Made by a program: the position numbers and the translations under genes
DNA from: Tepidisphaera sp.
Lineage (GTDB): Bacteria; Planctomycetota; Phycisphaerae; Phycisphaerales; UBA1924
NCBI GenBank assembly: GCA_050916045.1
Contig: CP051526.1
Coordinates: 224,001 to 288,000, forward strand
Direction: 5' to 3'
Length of the DNA stretch: 64,000 bases
In this document: piece by piece, positions 28,668 through 37,207 of the stretch
Layout: each line of letters opens with the position of its first letter
Position numbering within the stretch: position 1 is the stretch's first letter
Notes under the pieces: model-generated
Told to the model about the DNA's origin: nothing
Databases searched by the model: none
The model's input: the letters and a program-made list of their open reading frames with translations, nothing else

Positions 28668-29408
28668 CTAGTTGGTGGCTTGCGGACGGACCGCTTCACC
28701 CAGAAGCGGCCGGTCGAGAGAGATCGAGCCGGCTCCGAGGAAGACCAGAGCCAGATTCATCGAAAGCAGAGCCAGGATCCAGAGCGGGTTCATCCAGAAC
28801 GCGGTGTCCCACGGGTCGTGACGCGGCAGGAACCCAAGCACCGCATCGCCCGCTCGCCACGCCGGCCCGATGAGCAAAAGCCACATCCCTACCGCCATAT
28901 GGCCCGCCAAGACGATCGCCCAAAGCCGCGTCAAGAGCCCGAGCAGGAGGCAGACGCCGCCCGCGATGTCGGTGATCGCGACGACCCAGGCGAGGATCGG
29001 AGCGTTGGAACCCGCGGCGAACGAAGGCCAGATCGAGCGCGGCGGCTGTCCGGGCTGAATCTCCCGGGGCTCGGCGGCTTCCAGCAAACGAAGCGTGACG
29101 CTGGTGTGCATCCGTCGCACGCGGACCGGTTCGGGGAAATCCGCCGCGCTGTACATCAGTTTCGGGGTTGCGGTCGTGCTCGGAGCCGTCGGCTGGGCTC
29201 CGGACTCCGGCCCCGCGTGGTCGCCCTTGGGGTCGGAGGAGGACTTTGGAAGCTCGAGCACGCCGACATTGGCGAGCCGCGCGGCTTGCTCGCCCTTCAC
29301 CTCGTCGTACGCGTTGAACTTGCCGAGTCCGGCCCAAAGGAACGTGAGCCCGAGGACAAGCCTGAGCAGCAGCGGCGCGATTTTCGACGATTGCCCTTGG
29401 CGGACCAT
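28668..29408 (-). CDS. DoxX-family membrane protein
   Basis: LLLRLVLGLTFLWAGLGK, GGVCLLLGLLTR, GAGSISLD; AGGAGG SD. Confidence 0.85.
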   Translation of the reverse strand: MVRQGQSSKIAPLLLRLVLGLTFLWAGLGKFNAYDEVKGEQAARLANVGVLELPKSSSDPKGDHAGPESGAQPTAPSTTATPKLMYSAADFPEPVRVRRMHTSVTLRLLEAAEPREIQPGQPPRSIWPSFAAGSNAPILAWVVAITDIAGGVCLLLGLLTRLWAIVLAGHMAVGMWLLLIGPAWRAGDAVLGFLPRHDPWDTAFWMNPLWILALLSMNLALVFLGAGSISLDRPLLGEAVRPQATN

Positions 29409-29466
29409 GGCGGCGCCTCCTGCTTGAACTATAGGGGCGTGGGCCGGGGGCCCGGCGCGGGGCTGG

Positions 29467-31389
29467 TCAGCCCTTGGCTTCCAGTTCGGCCCAGCGGGCG
29501 AAGAGCTGGTCGAGCTTGGTCTGGGCTTGGGCGTGGGCGTTGCAAGCGGCGGCGTATCGCTTGTGGTCGGCGATGGCTTTGGGGTCGTTCATGGCGACTT
29601 GGGCTTCGGCCAGAGCCTTCTCCGCCGCGTGGATCGAAGCTTCCATCCCGGCGAGCTCCTGCTGCTCCTTGTAGGAGAGCTTTTTCTTGGCCGGGGCGGG
29701 GGGTGGGGCTGGCGTGGCGGCTTTGGCTGATTCGGCGGCACGTTGCGCGGCCGGATCCGCTTCGTGCTTTACCCGGCGTTCCCACTGGGAGTAGTCGGCG
29801 AAGTAACGGCAGCCGCCGCGGCCGTCGAGGGCGAGGATGCGGGTCGAGAGGCGGGCGATCATCGCGCGATCGTGCGTGACGAGGATCACCGCACCGGGGA
29901 AGTCCTCGAGGCTTTCTTCGAGCACTTCGAGCGACGGGATGTCGAGGTCGTTGGTCGGTTCGTCGAGGATGAGGATGTCCGCGGGCTCAAGCATGAGGCG
30001 GGCGATGTGCACGCGGGCTTGTTCGCCGCCGGAAAGGGCGCGGACGGGGTTCTTGAGTTGGTCCTTGGTGAAGAGGAATCGCGCCGCCCAAGTGTTCACA
30101 TGGAGGACCTGGCCGCGGTAGATCACCGCGTCGGAGTGGGGGCTGAACGCTTCGGCGAGGGTCTGGCCGGGGTTGAGCCCCTCGCGGTGCTGGGAGAAGA
30201 TGACCGTGCGGAGCTTGTCGGCTTTGCGGATGGTGCCCGGTGCGGGCGTGCCGGGTGGGATGTTGACGGCCTGGGCTGCTTCCTTGACGGCTTCGGGCGT
30301 GGGCGGGTCGAGGGGGAGCTCGCCGGTGAGGACCTTGATGAGCGAGGACTTGCCCGAGCCGTTGGGGCCGAGGAGCCCGAGGATCTCTCCGGGCGAGAGG
30401 ACCATGTCGAGGTCGGTGAAGAGCCTGCGTCCGCCGAGGGACTTCGTGATCGCGCGGGCGACCAGCAGCTTGTGGGTGAGGCGTTCGGTCGCGGTGAAGT
30501 CGATCCCGGCGGCTTTGCTCGGCGTGTTTCGGGCGCGGAGCTCGTCGAGCTCGTCCATGCGTTCGTAGGAGGCGTCGATGCGGCTTTTGCTCTTGGTGCG
30601 GCGGGCCTGGGCGCCGCGGCCGAGCCAGCGGAGGTCTTCGCGGACCTGATTGGCGAGCGCGGCTTCGGCTTTGGCCTGGCCTTCGAGGAACTCCTGCTTG
30701 CGGCGGAGGAACTCGGAGTAGTTGCCCTTGACGGAAAAGGTGCCGCCCGGATATGCCGGGGAGAGCTCGACGATGCGGGAGGCGACGGACTCGAGGAACA
30801 TGCGGTCGTGCGTGACGACGACGGACGCGAACTGGTGGCGGCCGTGCATGGTGTCGATCCCGCCTTTGATGATCGATTCCAGCCAGTCGATTCCCTCGAC
30901 GTCGAGGTGGTTGGTGGGTTCGTCGAGCAGGAGGAGGTCGGGCTCCTTCGCGAGTTCGCGGGAGATGGCCAAACGCTTGCGCTGGCCGCCGGAGAGGGAT
31001 GCGGTGGCTTGCGAGAGGTCGGCGAATCCGACGCGCTCGAGGAGCATCTCCGCGGCGAGCTCGATCTCGTGCTCATCGTGGAGGTGTGCGGGCGGGTTCG
31101 CGGTCACGGCGTCGATCACCGCCGAGCGGATGGTGGATCCTTCGGGAAACCGGTCGGCCTGAGCGACATAGCAGACACGGACACCCTTGAGGAGAGAGAT
31201 CTCGGGGTTCGAGGCTTCGTCGGTGGCTTCCTGGCCCGCGAGGATCTTGAGGAGGGTCGACTTTCCCGAGCCGTTGGGGCCGATCAGGGCGAGACGCTCC
31301 CGTTCCTCGACGACGAGCCCCACCTTGGTGAAGAGCGTGCGAGTACCGAAGGTTTTCGTCAGGGATCGGGCGGACAGGAGCGCGGGCAT
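29467..31389 (-). CDS. ABC-F family ATPase (Uup-like)
   Basis: Two ABC domains (GPNGSGKS, LSGG, LDEPTN) without TM; C-terminal KKLSYKEQQEL. Confidence 0.93.
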   Translation of the reverse strand: MPALLSARSLTKTFGTRTLFTKVGLVVEERERLALIGPNGSGKSTLLKILAGQEATDEASNPEISLLKGVRVCYVAQADRFPEGSTIRSAVIDAVTANPPAHLHDEHEIELAAEMLLERVGFADLSQATASLSGGQRKRLAISRELAKEPDLLLLDEPTNHLDVEGIDWLESIIKGGIDTMHGRHQFASVVVTHDRMFLESVASRIVELSPAYPGGTFSVKGNYSEFLRRKQEFLEGQAKAEAALANQVREDLRWLGRGAQARRTKSKSRIDASYERMDELDELRARNTPSKAAGIDFTATERLTHKLLVARAITKSLGGRRLFTDLDMVLSPGEILGLLGPNGSGKSSLIKVLTGELPLDPPTPEAVKEAAQAVNIPPGTPAPGTIRKADKLRTVIFSQHREGLNPGQTLAEAFSPHSDAVIYRGQVLHVNTWAARFLFTKDQLKNPVRALSGGEQARVHIARLMLEPADILILDEPTNDLDIPSLEVLEESLEDFPGAVILVTHDRAMIARLSTRILALDGRGGCRYFADYSQWERRVKHEADPAAQRAAESAKAATPAPPPAPAKKKLSYKEQQELAGMEASIHAAEKALAEAQVAMNDPKAIADHKRYAAACNAHAQAQTKLDQLFARWAELEAKG

Positions 31390-31437
31390 GGCGGGAAAGT
31401 AGGCGGTGAATGCGGCCTCACCGAGCGACGCCCGGCT

Positions 31438-32205
31438 TTAGACGCACGCCTGAACGATCGCGGCGAAGTCCGGGGCTTTCAGGCTGGCGCCGCCGATGAG
31501 GCCGCCGTCGACATCGGGCTGGGTGACGATCTCGCGGGCGTTGGCGGGCTTGAGCGACCCGCCGTAGATGATCCGCGTCAGGTTGGCGACGTCCGGGTTG
31601 TAGAGCTGGCCGAGAAGCTTGCGGATCTTGGCGTGGACGTCCTGAGCGTCTCCGGGCGAAGCGTTTTTGCCGGTGCCGATGGCCCAGACGGGCTCGTACG
31701 CGATGACGACGCGGGACATCATGTCGGCGGTAACGTCGGCGAGGCCGGCGCGGACCTGGCGCTGGTTGACGGGGTCGGTGTGGCCGGCTTCCCGCTGCTC
31801 AAGTGTTTCGCCGACGCAGAGGATGCAGTCCAGTCCGGCGTCGAGGACGGCGCGGACCTTGGCGTTGACCAGTTCGTCGTTCTCACCCAGGACGTGGCGG
31901 CGTTCGGAGTGGCCGCAGAGCACGACCTGGACGCCGCAGTCCTTGAGCATGTCGACCGAGACCTCGCCCGTGTACGCGCCGTCGGGCTTGTGGGAAGCGT
32001 CCTGGGCTCCGAGCTTGACGGCCGACCCGCGGTCGCGGAGGATCGACTTGACGGCGAGGAGGTACGGGAAGGGGGGGAAGACCGCGGTCTCGACCGACGT
32101 GGTCGTGCGGAGCGCATCGACCACGCCGCGGGTGAGTTCCGCGGAGGTGGTGCGGTTGGTGTTCATCTTCCAGTTGCCGCCGACGTAAGGCTTGCGGTCC
32201 GACAT
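31438..32205 (-). CDS. tpiA: Triosephosphate isomerase
   Basis: GGNWKMN, GAYTGEVS, GHSERR, AYEPVWAIGTG, DGGLIGGASL. Confidence 0.97.
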   Translation of the reverse strand: MSDRKPYVGGNWKMNTNRTTSAELTRGVVDALRTTTSVETAVFPPFPYLLAVKSILRDRGSAVKLGAQDASHKPDGAYTGEVSVDMLKDCGVQVVLCGHSERRHVLGENDELVNAKVRAVLDAGLDCILCVGETLEQREAGHTDPVNQRQVRAGLADVTADMMSRVVIAYEPVWAIGTGKNASPGDAQDVHAKIRKLLGQLYNPDVANLTRIIYGGSLKPANAREIVTQPDVDGGLIGGASLKAPDFAAIVQACV

Positions 32206-32280
32206 GCGGTGAGGGCTCCGAAAAAGGTGTCGCGAGAGCGTAGCCCACGCGAGGCCCGGCTTGCGGGTACGCTGGGCGAC

Positions 32281-33096
32281 GTGCCGAGTCCTCTCGACCT
32301 GACGATTCACCGACTTGCGCCGGGGCTTGATCCGGCGGCGTGGGAGCGCGAGCTTGCGGCGATCGATCTGGAGAAGTGCGACATCCTCAAGCGGGACGGG
32401 GCTTCGCTGGTGGTCGGAGCCAGGATCGCCGGACGCGAGGTGGTCATCAAATCCGCTCCCCGGCGGGGGATGATCCCGGGGCTTCGGGCGTGGCTGGGGC
32501 TTTCGCGGGATGACCGGCAGTGGCGCGGCGCGGTTCTGCTTTTCAAGGCGGGAGTGCCGACCGCCCGGCCGCTGGCGCTGGCGACCCGCGGTTCCGAACG
32601 CCATGCGGAAGGGCTACTGGTCCTCGAACGCCTTCGCGGGCCGACCCTGCTGGAGGTGCTCTCGCGCGGCGGGCTTTCCGTCCGCGAGGAGCACGCGCTC
32701 GCCCGGGAAGCCGGTCGGATCGCGGGCAGAATCGAACTGGCGGGGCTTACCAATCGCGATGCCAAGCCTTCCAACTGGATCGTGACCTCGACCGATGCGA
32801 CGCGGCCCGGGCTCGCCCTGATCGATACGGTGGGCGTGCATCGCGGCCGAGCGCCCGAAGCCATGTTGGCTTCGATGATCATCGAATCGATCGGCTTGGG
32901 GTGCCGCCCTCGGCGATCGCTGGCGATGCGGTGCTTGCAAGCGTCCCTTGAGGTCATCCGGCCGGTGGATGCTCCCCCTCGCTGGCGGCATCAGGCGGCG
33001 GTCGGAGCGTGGATCATGATCGAAGGGGTGATCAAGCGTCACGGCGACCCGACCCCGAGGGTGAACCCGCTTCGCGGGCGGGAAACCCGGGCGTAG
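32281..33096 (+). CDS. Kdo/WaaP/InaA-like lipopolysaccharide kinase family protein
   Basis: VVIK, GVPTARPLA, LVLERL, NRDAKPSNW, LIDT kinase-like motifs; GTG 7 nt after TACGCT. Confidence 0.7.
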   Translation: MPSPLDLTIHRLAPGLDPAAWERELAAIDLEKCDILKRDGASLVVGARIAGREVVIKSAPRRGMIPGLRAWLGLSRDDRQWRGAVLLFKAGVPTARPLALATRGSERHAEGLLVLERLRGPTLLEVLSRGGLSVREEHALAREAGRIAGRIELAGLTNRDAKPSNWIVTSTDATRPGLALIDTVGVHRGRAPEAMLASMIIESIGLGCRPRRSLAMRCLQASLEVIRPVDAPPRWRHQAAVGAWIMIEGVIKRHGDPTPRVNPLRGRETRA

Positions 33097-33129
33097 CGCC
33101 CTCGTGTGGATTGCGCTATGCTGCCCGAG

Positions 33130-34107
33130 ATGTCCCCGTCCCCCGCCATTCCCAGCCAACGAAAGCGCACCGCCAAGGCGCACGCGGCTTCCCAGACGCC
33201 GTCCAAGGTCAAAGCCAAGTCCGGCAGGCGCGAGATCTCCATCGAAGGCTTCGACGGCGGGCCCGGCGCCAGCGTGCTGATCGGGGACTGCCGCGAGATC
33301 TTCCCGACGATTCCGGAAGCGGCTGCCGGCAAGGTCGATCTCGTCTTCGCCGACCCCCCGTTCAACTGGTCTGCGACCTACGACCGGTGGGAGGACGACC
33401 TTCCGCACAACGAGTACCTCGATTTCACCTACGCCTGGCTCGAAGCCTGCGTGAAAGCTCTTCGGCCCGGCGGTTCGCTCTGGGTCAACATCCCCGACGA
33501 CTGGGCCGCGGAGATCGTGGTCTACCTCAAGAAGTCCGGGATGGAGATGGCCAACTGGTGCATCTGGCATTACCGGTTCGGCCAGAACACGCGCAGCCGG
33601 TTTATCTCGAGCAAGGTCCACGCGCTGTACTTCGTCAAGCCCGGCGGCGAGCGCACGTGGAAGCACCTCGACATCCTCGAACCCTCCGACCGCCTCACAA
33701 CCTACGGGGACAAGCGCACGCTCAGCAAGCGTGACGGCGTGCCCGCCGGGATGCGCGTGCCGATGGACGTCTGGTACGGCAAGTACTGGGGCCGCATCCA
33801 GGGCAACAACAAGGAGCGGCGGTCGCACCATCACAACCAGCTCCCCGAGATCTACCTCGCCCGCGTCATCCGCGCGTGCAGCCAGCCGGGCGACATCGTG
33901 ATCGACCCGTTCCTGGGGAGCGGGACCACCGGCGTCGTCGCCCGTGCGCTCAAGCGCAGGTTCATCGGCATCGAGTTCTCGCCCGAGAACGCCGCCAGCG
34001 CCGCCGACCGCATCAAGAACGGCCCTCACCGCGACCCTGCCGCTCCGTTTGACGCAAGCCCGATCTTCAAGACGCGCCGATCGCTCGAAACGGACCCCGG
34101 GACGTGA
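33130..34107 (+). CDS. Site-specific DNA methyltransferase (N4-C/N6-A, beta-class order), orphan
   Basis: GDCRE, DLVFADPPFN (motif IV), IVIDPFLGSGTT (motif I), FIGIE. Confidence 0.92.
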   Translation: MSPSPAIPSQRKRTAKAHAASQTPSKVKAKSGRREISIEGFDGGPGASVLIGDCREIFPTIPEAAAGKVDLVFADPPFNWSATYDRWEDDLPHNEYLDFTYAWLEACVKALRPGGSLWVNIPDDWAAEIVVYLKKSGMEMANWCIWHYRFGQNTRSRFISSKVHALYFVKPGGERTWKHLDILEPSDRLTTYGDKRTLSKRDGVPAGMRVPMDVWYGKYWGRIQGNNKERRSHHHNQLPEIYLARVIRACSQPGDIVIDPFLGSGTTGVVARALKRRFIGIEFSPENAASAADRIKNGPHRDPAAPFDASPIFKTRRSLETDPGT

Positions 34108-34400
34108 GCCCGTTCTCCGTCGGACCCGATGGCGAGGTGCGGATCGCGATCAAGGCCGTCCCCGGCTCGCGAAAGAACCAGATCGCGGGTTTGCTCGGCG
34201 ACCGCCTCAAGGTCAAGGTCGCCGCTCCGCCGGAAGACGGCAAAGCAAATCAGGCCATCTGCGTTCTTCTGGCGAGCGAGCTTGGCGTGCGAGCCAAAGA
34301 CGTCCGCATCGTGACCGGGCACGCAAACCCCGAGAAGATCGTGAGCGTCGCCGGCACAACCCTCGAACGCGTCCGGAACAGCGTGTGTCCGGCTGGGTGA
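34104..34400 (+). CDS. DUF167 (YggU) family protein
   Basis: VPGSRKN, LKVKVAAPPEDGKAN, IVTGH. Confidence 0.9.
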   Translation: MSPFSVGPDGEVRIAIKAVPGSRKNQIAGLLGDRLKVKVAAPPEDGKANQAICVLLASELGVRAKDVRIVTGHANPEKIVSVAGTTLERVRNSVCPAG

Positions 34401-34413
34401 ACAAGCGGTCTCC

Positions 34414-34453
34414 AAAAGAAGAGCGGGGTGGCCCTCCAGCCACCCCACCCCGC
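34414..34453 (-). terminator. Intrinsic terminator (minus strand)
   Basis: ggggtggc/gccacccc stem followed on minus strand by TCTTCTTTT. Confidence 0.65.
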
Positions 34454-34602
34454 CCACACCAGCTTCTCTCTCTCGACCGCGGGGCGCTAAGTGAATCGCT
34501 CACGAGCGTCCCCACACGATGTCGGCATTCGGTCCCCTCCCGGGGACGCGAACGCGTCCCTCAAGAGAGACGCGAGAAGCGCGTGCGGATTGCCTTCTCG
34601 CG
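34414..34602 (-). ncRNA. Candidate structured small RNA or long structured 3' UTR
   Basis: Four hairpins in about 190 nt of intergenic DNA ending in a terminator; no family recognised. Confidence 0.3.
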
Positions 34603-34670
34603 CGGATTTTCTGCGGGAAAATAGCTTGGAAATCGATGGAACCGGTTCAGCGTCGCCTGCGTAGGTCGGG

Positions 34671-35303
34671 CTACCGGACGCAGCGCATCGTGAAAGCCGG
34701 GGGCGTGTTTCCCCAGACCGTGCGTCCGCGCGTGATCGACGAGAAGTATGTCGGCAGGAGCTTCTGAAGCCGCTGTCCCGCGGGCAGGAACAGGCCCGTG
34801 TGGTACGCGAAGGTGATGAGCTGGCCGCCGGGCCTCAGCACCTTCATCGTCGCGTCGAGGATGCGCACCTGCAGGTCGCGCGGGAATGCGGCCCAGGGGA
34901 GGCCGCTGACGATGGCGTCGAGTTGATCCACGCTTTCGGCCCGGCAGAACGTTTCGATGTCCTCGACGCTTCCTTCGTGCAGATGGAGCGCGGGGAACCG
35001 CGAGCGGAGTTGGGCGGCGAGCGCGGCGTTGCGTTCAACAGCGAAGAACTTGGCTTGTGGGTGGATCCGCGACAGAATCTCGCTGGTGAACGAGCCCGTG
35101 CCGGGTCCATACTCGGCGATTCGGGCGGTTGGGCCCAGGTCGATCGTGGCGAGCATCTCCTTCGCCAGCGCGGCGGAGCTCGGAGCGACGGCGCCGACCA
35201 TGCCGGGCTTGGTGAGGAACTGCCAGAAGAACCGCGCGTGCGCGGCGAGGCCGTGCTTGGCCGCGGCGGGCGGAGTGCCGTGGGAGGGAGAGCTCTGGTT
35301 CAG
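34671..35303 (-). CDS. Phospholipid N-methyltransferase (PmtA-like class I SAM MTase)
   Basis: FLTKPGMVGAVAPSS, EYGPGTGSFT, IVSGLPW, NTPPA; start uncertain (ATG 35201 or CTG 35303). Confidence 0.8.
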   Translation of the reverse strand: MNQSSPSHGTPPAAAKHGLAAHARFFWQFLTKPGMVGAVAPSSAALAKEMLATIDLGPTARIAEYGPGTGSFTSEILSRIHPQAKFFAVERNAALAAQLRSRFPALHLHEGSVEDIETFCRAESVDQLDAIVSGLPWAAFPRDLQVRILDATMKVLRPGGQLITFAYHTGLFLPAGQRLQKLLPTYFSSITRGRTVWGNTPPAFTMRCVR

Positions 35304-35336
35304 GCGTGTGCTCCGCTTGGGTTCAGGCGCGGGGGA

Positions 35337-36389
35337 TCACTTCGCGGCGGGCTTGGCCGCATCGGCGGCGGGCGCCGCGACCTTGATCGCCGGTTCCTTG
35401 AGCTTCGCCGCGACCACCCGCGGCCCGGCGGTCACGAAGACGGTCTTGCCGTCCGTGCCGCCGAAGCACAGGTTGGAAGCCATCGGGACGAGGATCCGCC
35501 CGATTCGCTTGCCTTCGGGGCTGAGGACCCAGATCCCGCCCGCGCCGGTCGTCCAGACGTTGCCCTTGGCGTCCACCTTGACGCCGTCCGGCGTGCTCCG
35601 GCCCTTGATCTCCGGGTCCGTGATATTGGCGAAGACGCGCGCGTTCGAGAGGTCACCCTCGGCGGTCACGTCGTAGGCCATGACTTTGGCATCGCGGTAG
35701 AGCGCGACGTAGAGGACCTTCTCGTCGCCGGAGAATGCCAGGCCGTTGGGGGCGACGACGTCTTTGGTGAGGAGCTTGACCGTGCCGTCGGTGGCGATGC
35801 GGTAGACGCCGGCGTGGTCGGCGTGATCGTCCTTGCCGACGCCGAAGTCGGTGAAGTAGATCGATCCGTCAGACTTGACGACGATGTCGTTGGGCGTGTT
35901 GACCTTCTTGCCGTTCACCTCGGTGGCGAGGACGGTTTCGGCGCCGGCTTTGTCGCGGCGGACGACCGTACCGTCGAATTGGGCGAAGACCAAGCGGCCC
36001 TCGGCGTCGAGAGCGGCTCCGGCGGCGTTGCCGGAGGGCTTGCGGAGGGTGTCGACGCCCTCGCCGGGCTTGCGTTCGGCCCGCCCGTCGGCGGGGTTGA
36101 GGGTGTAGACGGCATTGCCCTGCAGGTCGCAGATCAGGAGGGTGCCGTCGGCTTGCCAGACTGGGCCCTCGGCGAAGCGGAGGCCGGTCGCGACGATCGT
36201 GCCTTCCTTGCTTTCGAAGAGGTCACCTTCGGTGGTGACGCTGACGGGCCTGTCGGAGGGAGCGGCTCTTTGCGCGGGCTTGGTTTCTGGGGTGGTCGAG
36301 GCGGGCGGGGTCTTGGGAGCTTCGGCGGGAGGCTGCGTCGCCGGCTGAAGTGCGAGAAGGGTGGCGGCCAGTGCGACAGGAATGATCAT
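35337..36389 (-). CDS. SMP-30/gluconolactonase family protein, exported
   Basis: FAEGPVW, NTPNDIVV, APNGLAFS, PDGVKVDAKGN, SNLCFGG. Confidence 0.92.
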   Translation of the reverse strand: MIIPVALAATLLALQPATQPPAEAPKTPPASTTPETKPAQRAAPSDRPVSVTTEGDLFESKEGTIVATGLRFAEGPVWQADGTLLICDLQGNAVYTLNPADGRAERKPGEGVDTLRKPSGNAAGAALDAEGRLVFAQFDGTVVRRDKAGAETVLATEVNGKKVNTPNDIVVKSDGSIYFTDFGVGKDDHADHAGVYRIATDGTVKLLTKDVVAPNGLAFSGDEKVLYVALYRDAKVMAYDVTAEGDLSNARVFANITDPEIKGRSTPDGVKVDAKGNVWTTGAGGIWVLSPEGKRIGRILVPMASNLCFGGTDGKTVFVTAGPRVVAAKLKEPAIKVAAPAADAAKPAAK

Positions 36390-36533
36390 GGGCCAAGCGT
36401 AGAGGGGGTTGGGCGCGCGGACACGGGGGGAGTCTCGCGAGCAGCCGCGCGGCGGTCGCGGGGCATCTATGATGCCCTTGCAGAGGGTTCGGGGGTCGTT
36501 CGCACCGATGGTGTCAAACTGGAGGTCTTTTCG

Positions 36534-37175
36534 ATGTCGAGCAATCAGGCCGGTTCTTCGCGTGTCTCTTCCTGGCGTTCCCCCTTCGCCGCTCTTTCCG
36601 CGGCGGCGATCGCCCTGGCGGCCATCAGCGTCGTGAACGCGAATTCCAAGCCTGCGGTCGTGATGGCCGCACCGACCACCGTCGGCGTCGTCGATCTGCA
36701 GGTGCTGGTCGAGGGCCTCAACGAGGTGAAAGCTCAGAACGACGCGCTTCAGAAGCGCGCCAAAGAGCTTCAGGACATGATCAACACCGTCAAGGCGCAG
36801 TTCGAAGCCGCGAAGACCGCGTTCGAAGCCGCGCCGGCTTCGGACCCCAAGAAGTTCGAACTCGGCGTGAAGGCCCAGTCGGCGGCGCTCTCGCTGAAGG
36901 GCCACCAGGAAGGCCTGCAGGCCGCGCTTTCGCTCGAGAAGGGCCGGTACTGGAAGATCCTGTACCCGCGCATCATGTCGTCGATCGAGACGCTCGCCGC
37001 GCAGCAGGGCCTGGACCTGATCATGCTCGATGACCGCAAGCTGACGCTCCCGCTCGAGAAGGACCTGACGGACGAGCAGATCACCGGGTTCATCCAGAGC
37101 AAGAAGATCATGTACGCCAAGCAGACGGTGGACGTGACGCCGGCGCTCGTCAACCTCATGAACAACACCAAGTAA
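36534..37175 (+). CDS. skp: OmpH/Skp periplasmic chaperone
   Basis: VGVVDLQ, coiled coil, GLDLIM, VDVTPALV; GGAGG SD; directly upstream of lpxD. Confidence 0.8.
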   Translation: MSSNQAGSSRVSSWRSPFAALSAAAIALAAISVVNANSKPAVVMAAPTTVGVVDLQVLVEGLNEVKAQNDALQKRAKELQDMINTVKAQFEAAKTAFEAAPASDPKKFELGVKAQSAALSLKGHQEGLQAALSLEKGRYWKILYPRIMSSIETLAAQQGLDLIMLDDRKLTLPLEKDLTDEQITGFIQSKKIMYAKQTVDVTPALVNLMNNTK

Positions 37176-37207
37176 TGAGGAAGTGATCGGCACGCCCGGA
37201 AGCACCG

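Noticed and set aside
29743..33096. 1117-aa plus-strand ORF as a single giant protein
   Set aside because: First 846 codons are antisense to ABC-F and tpiA; only 32281-33096 has kinase-like motifs and its own -10 box
33130..34400. Restriction-modification or defence island
   Set aside because: No endonuclease or other defence gene adjacent; neighbours are housekeeping genes
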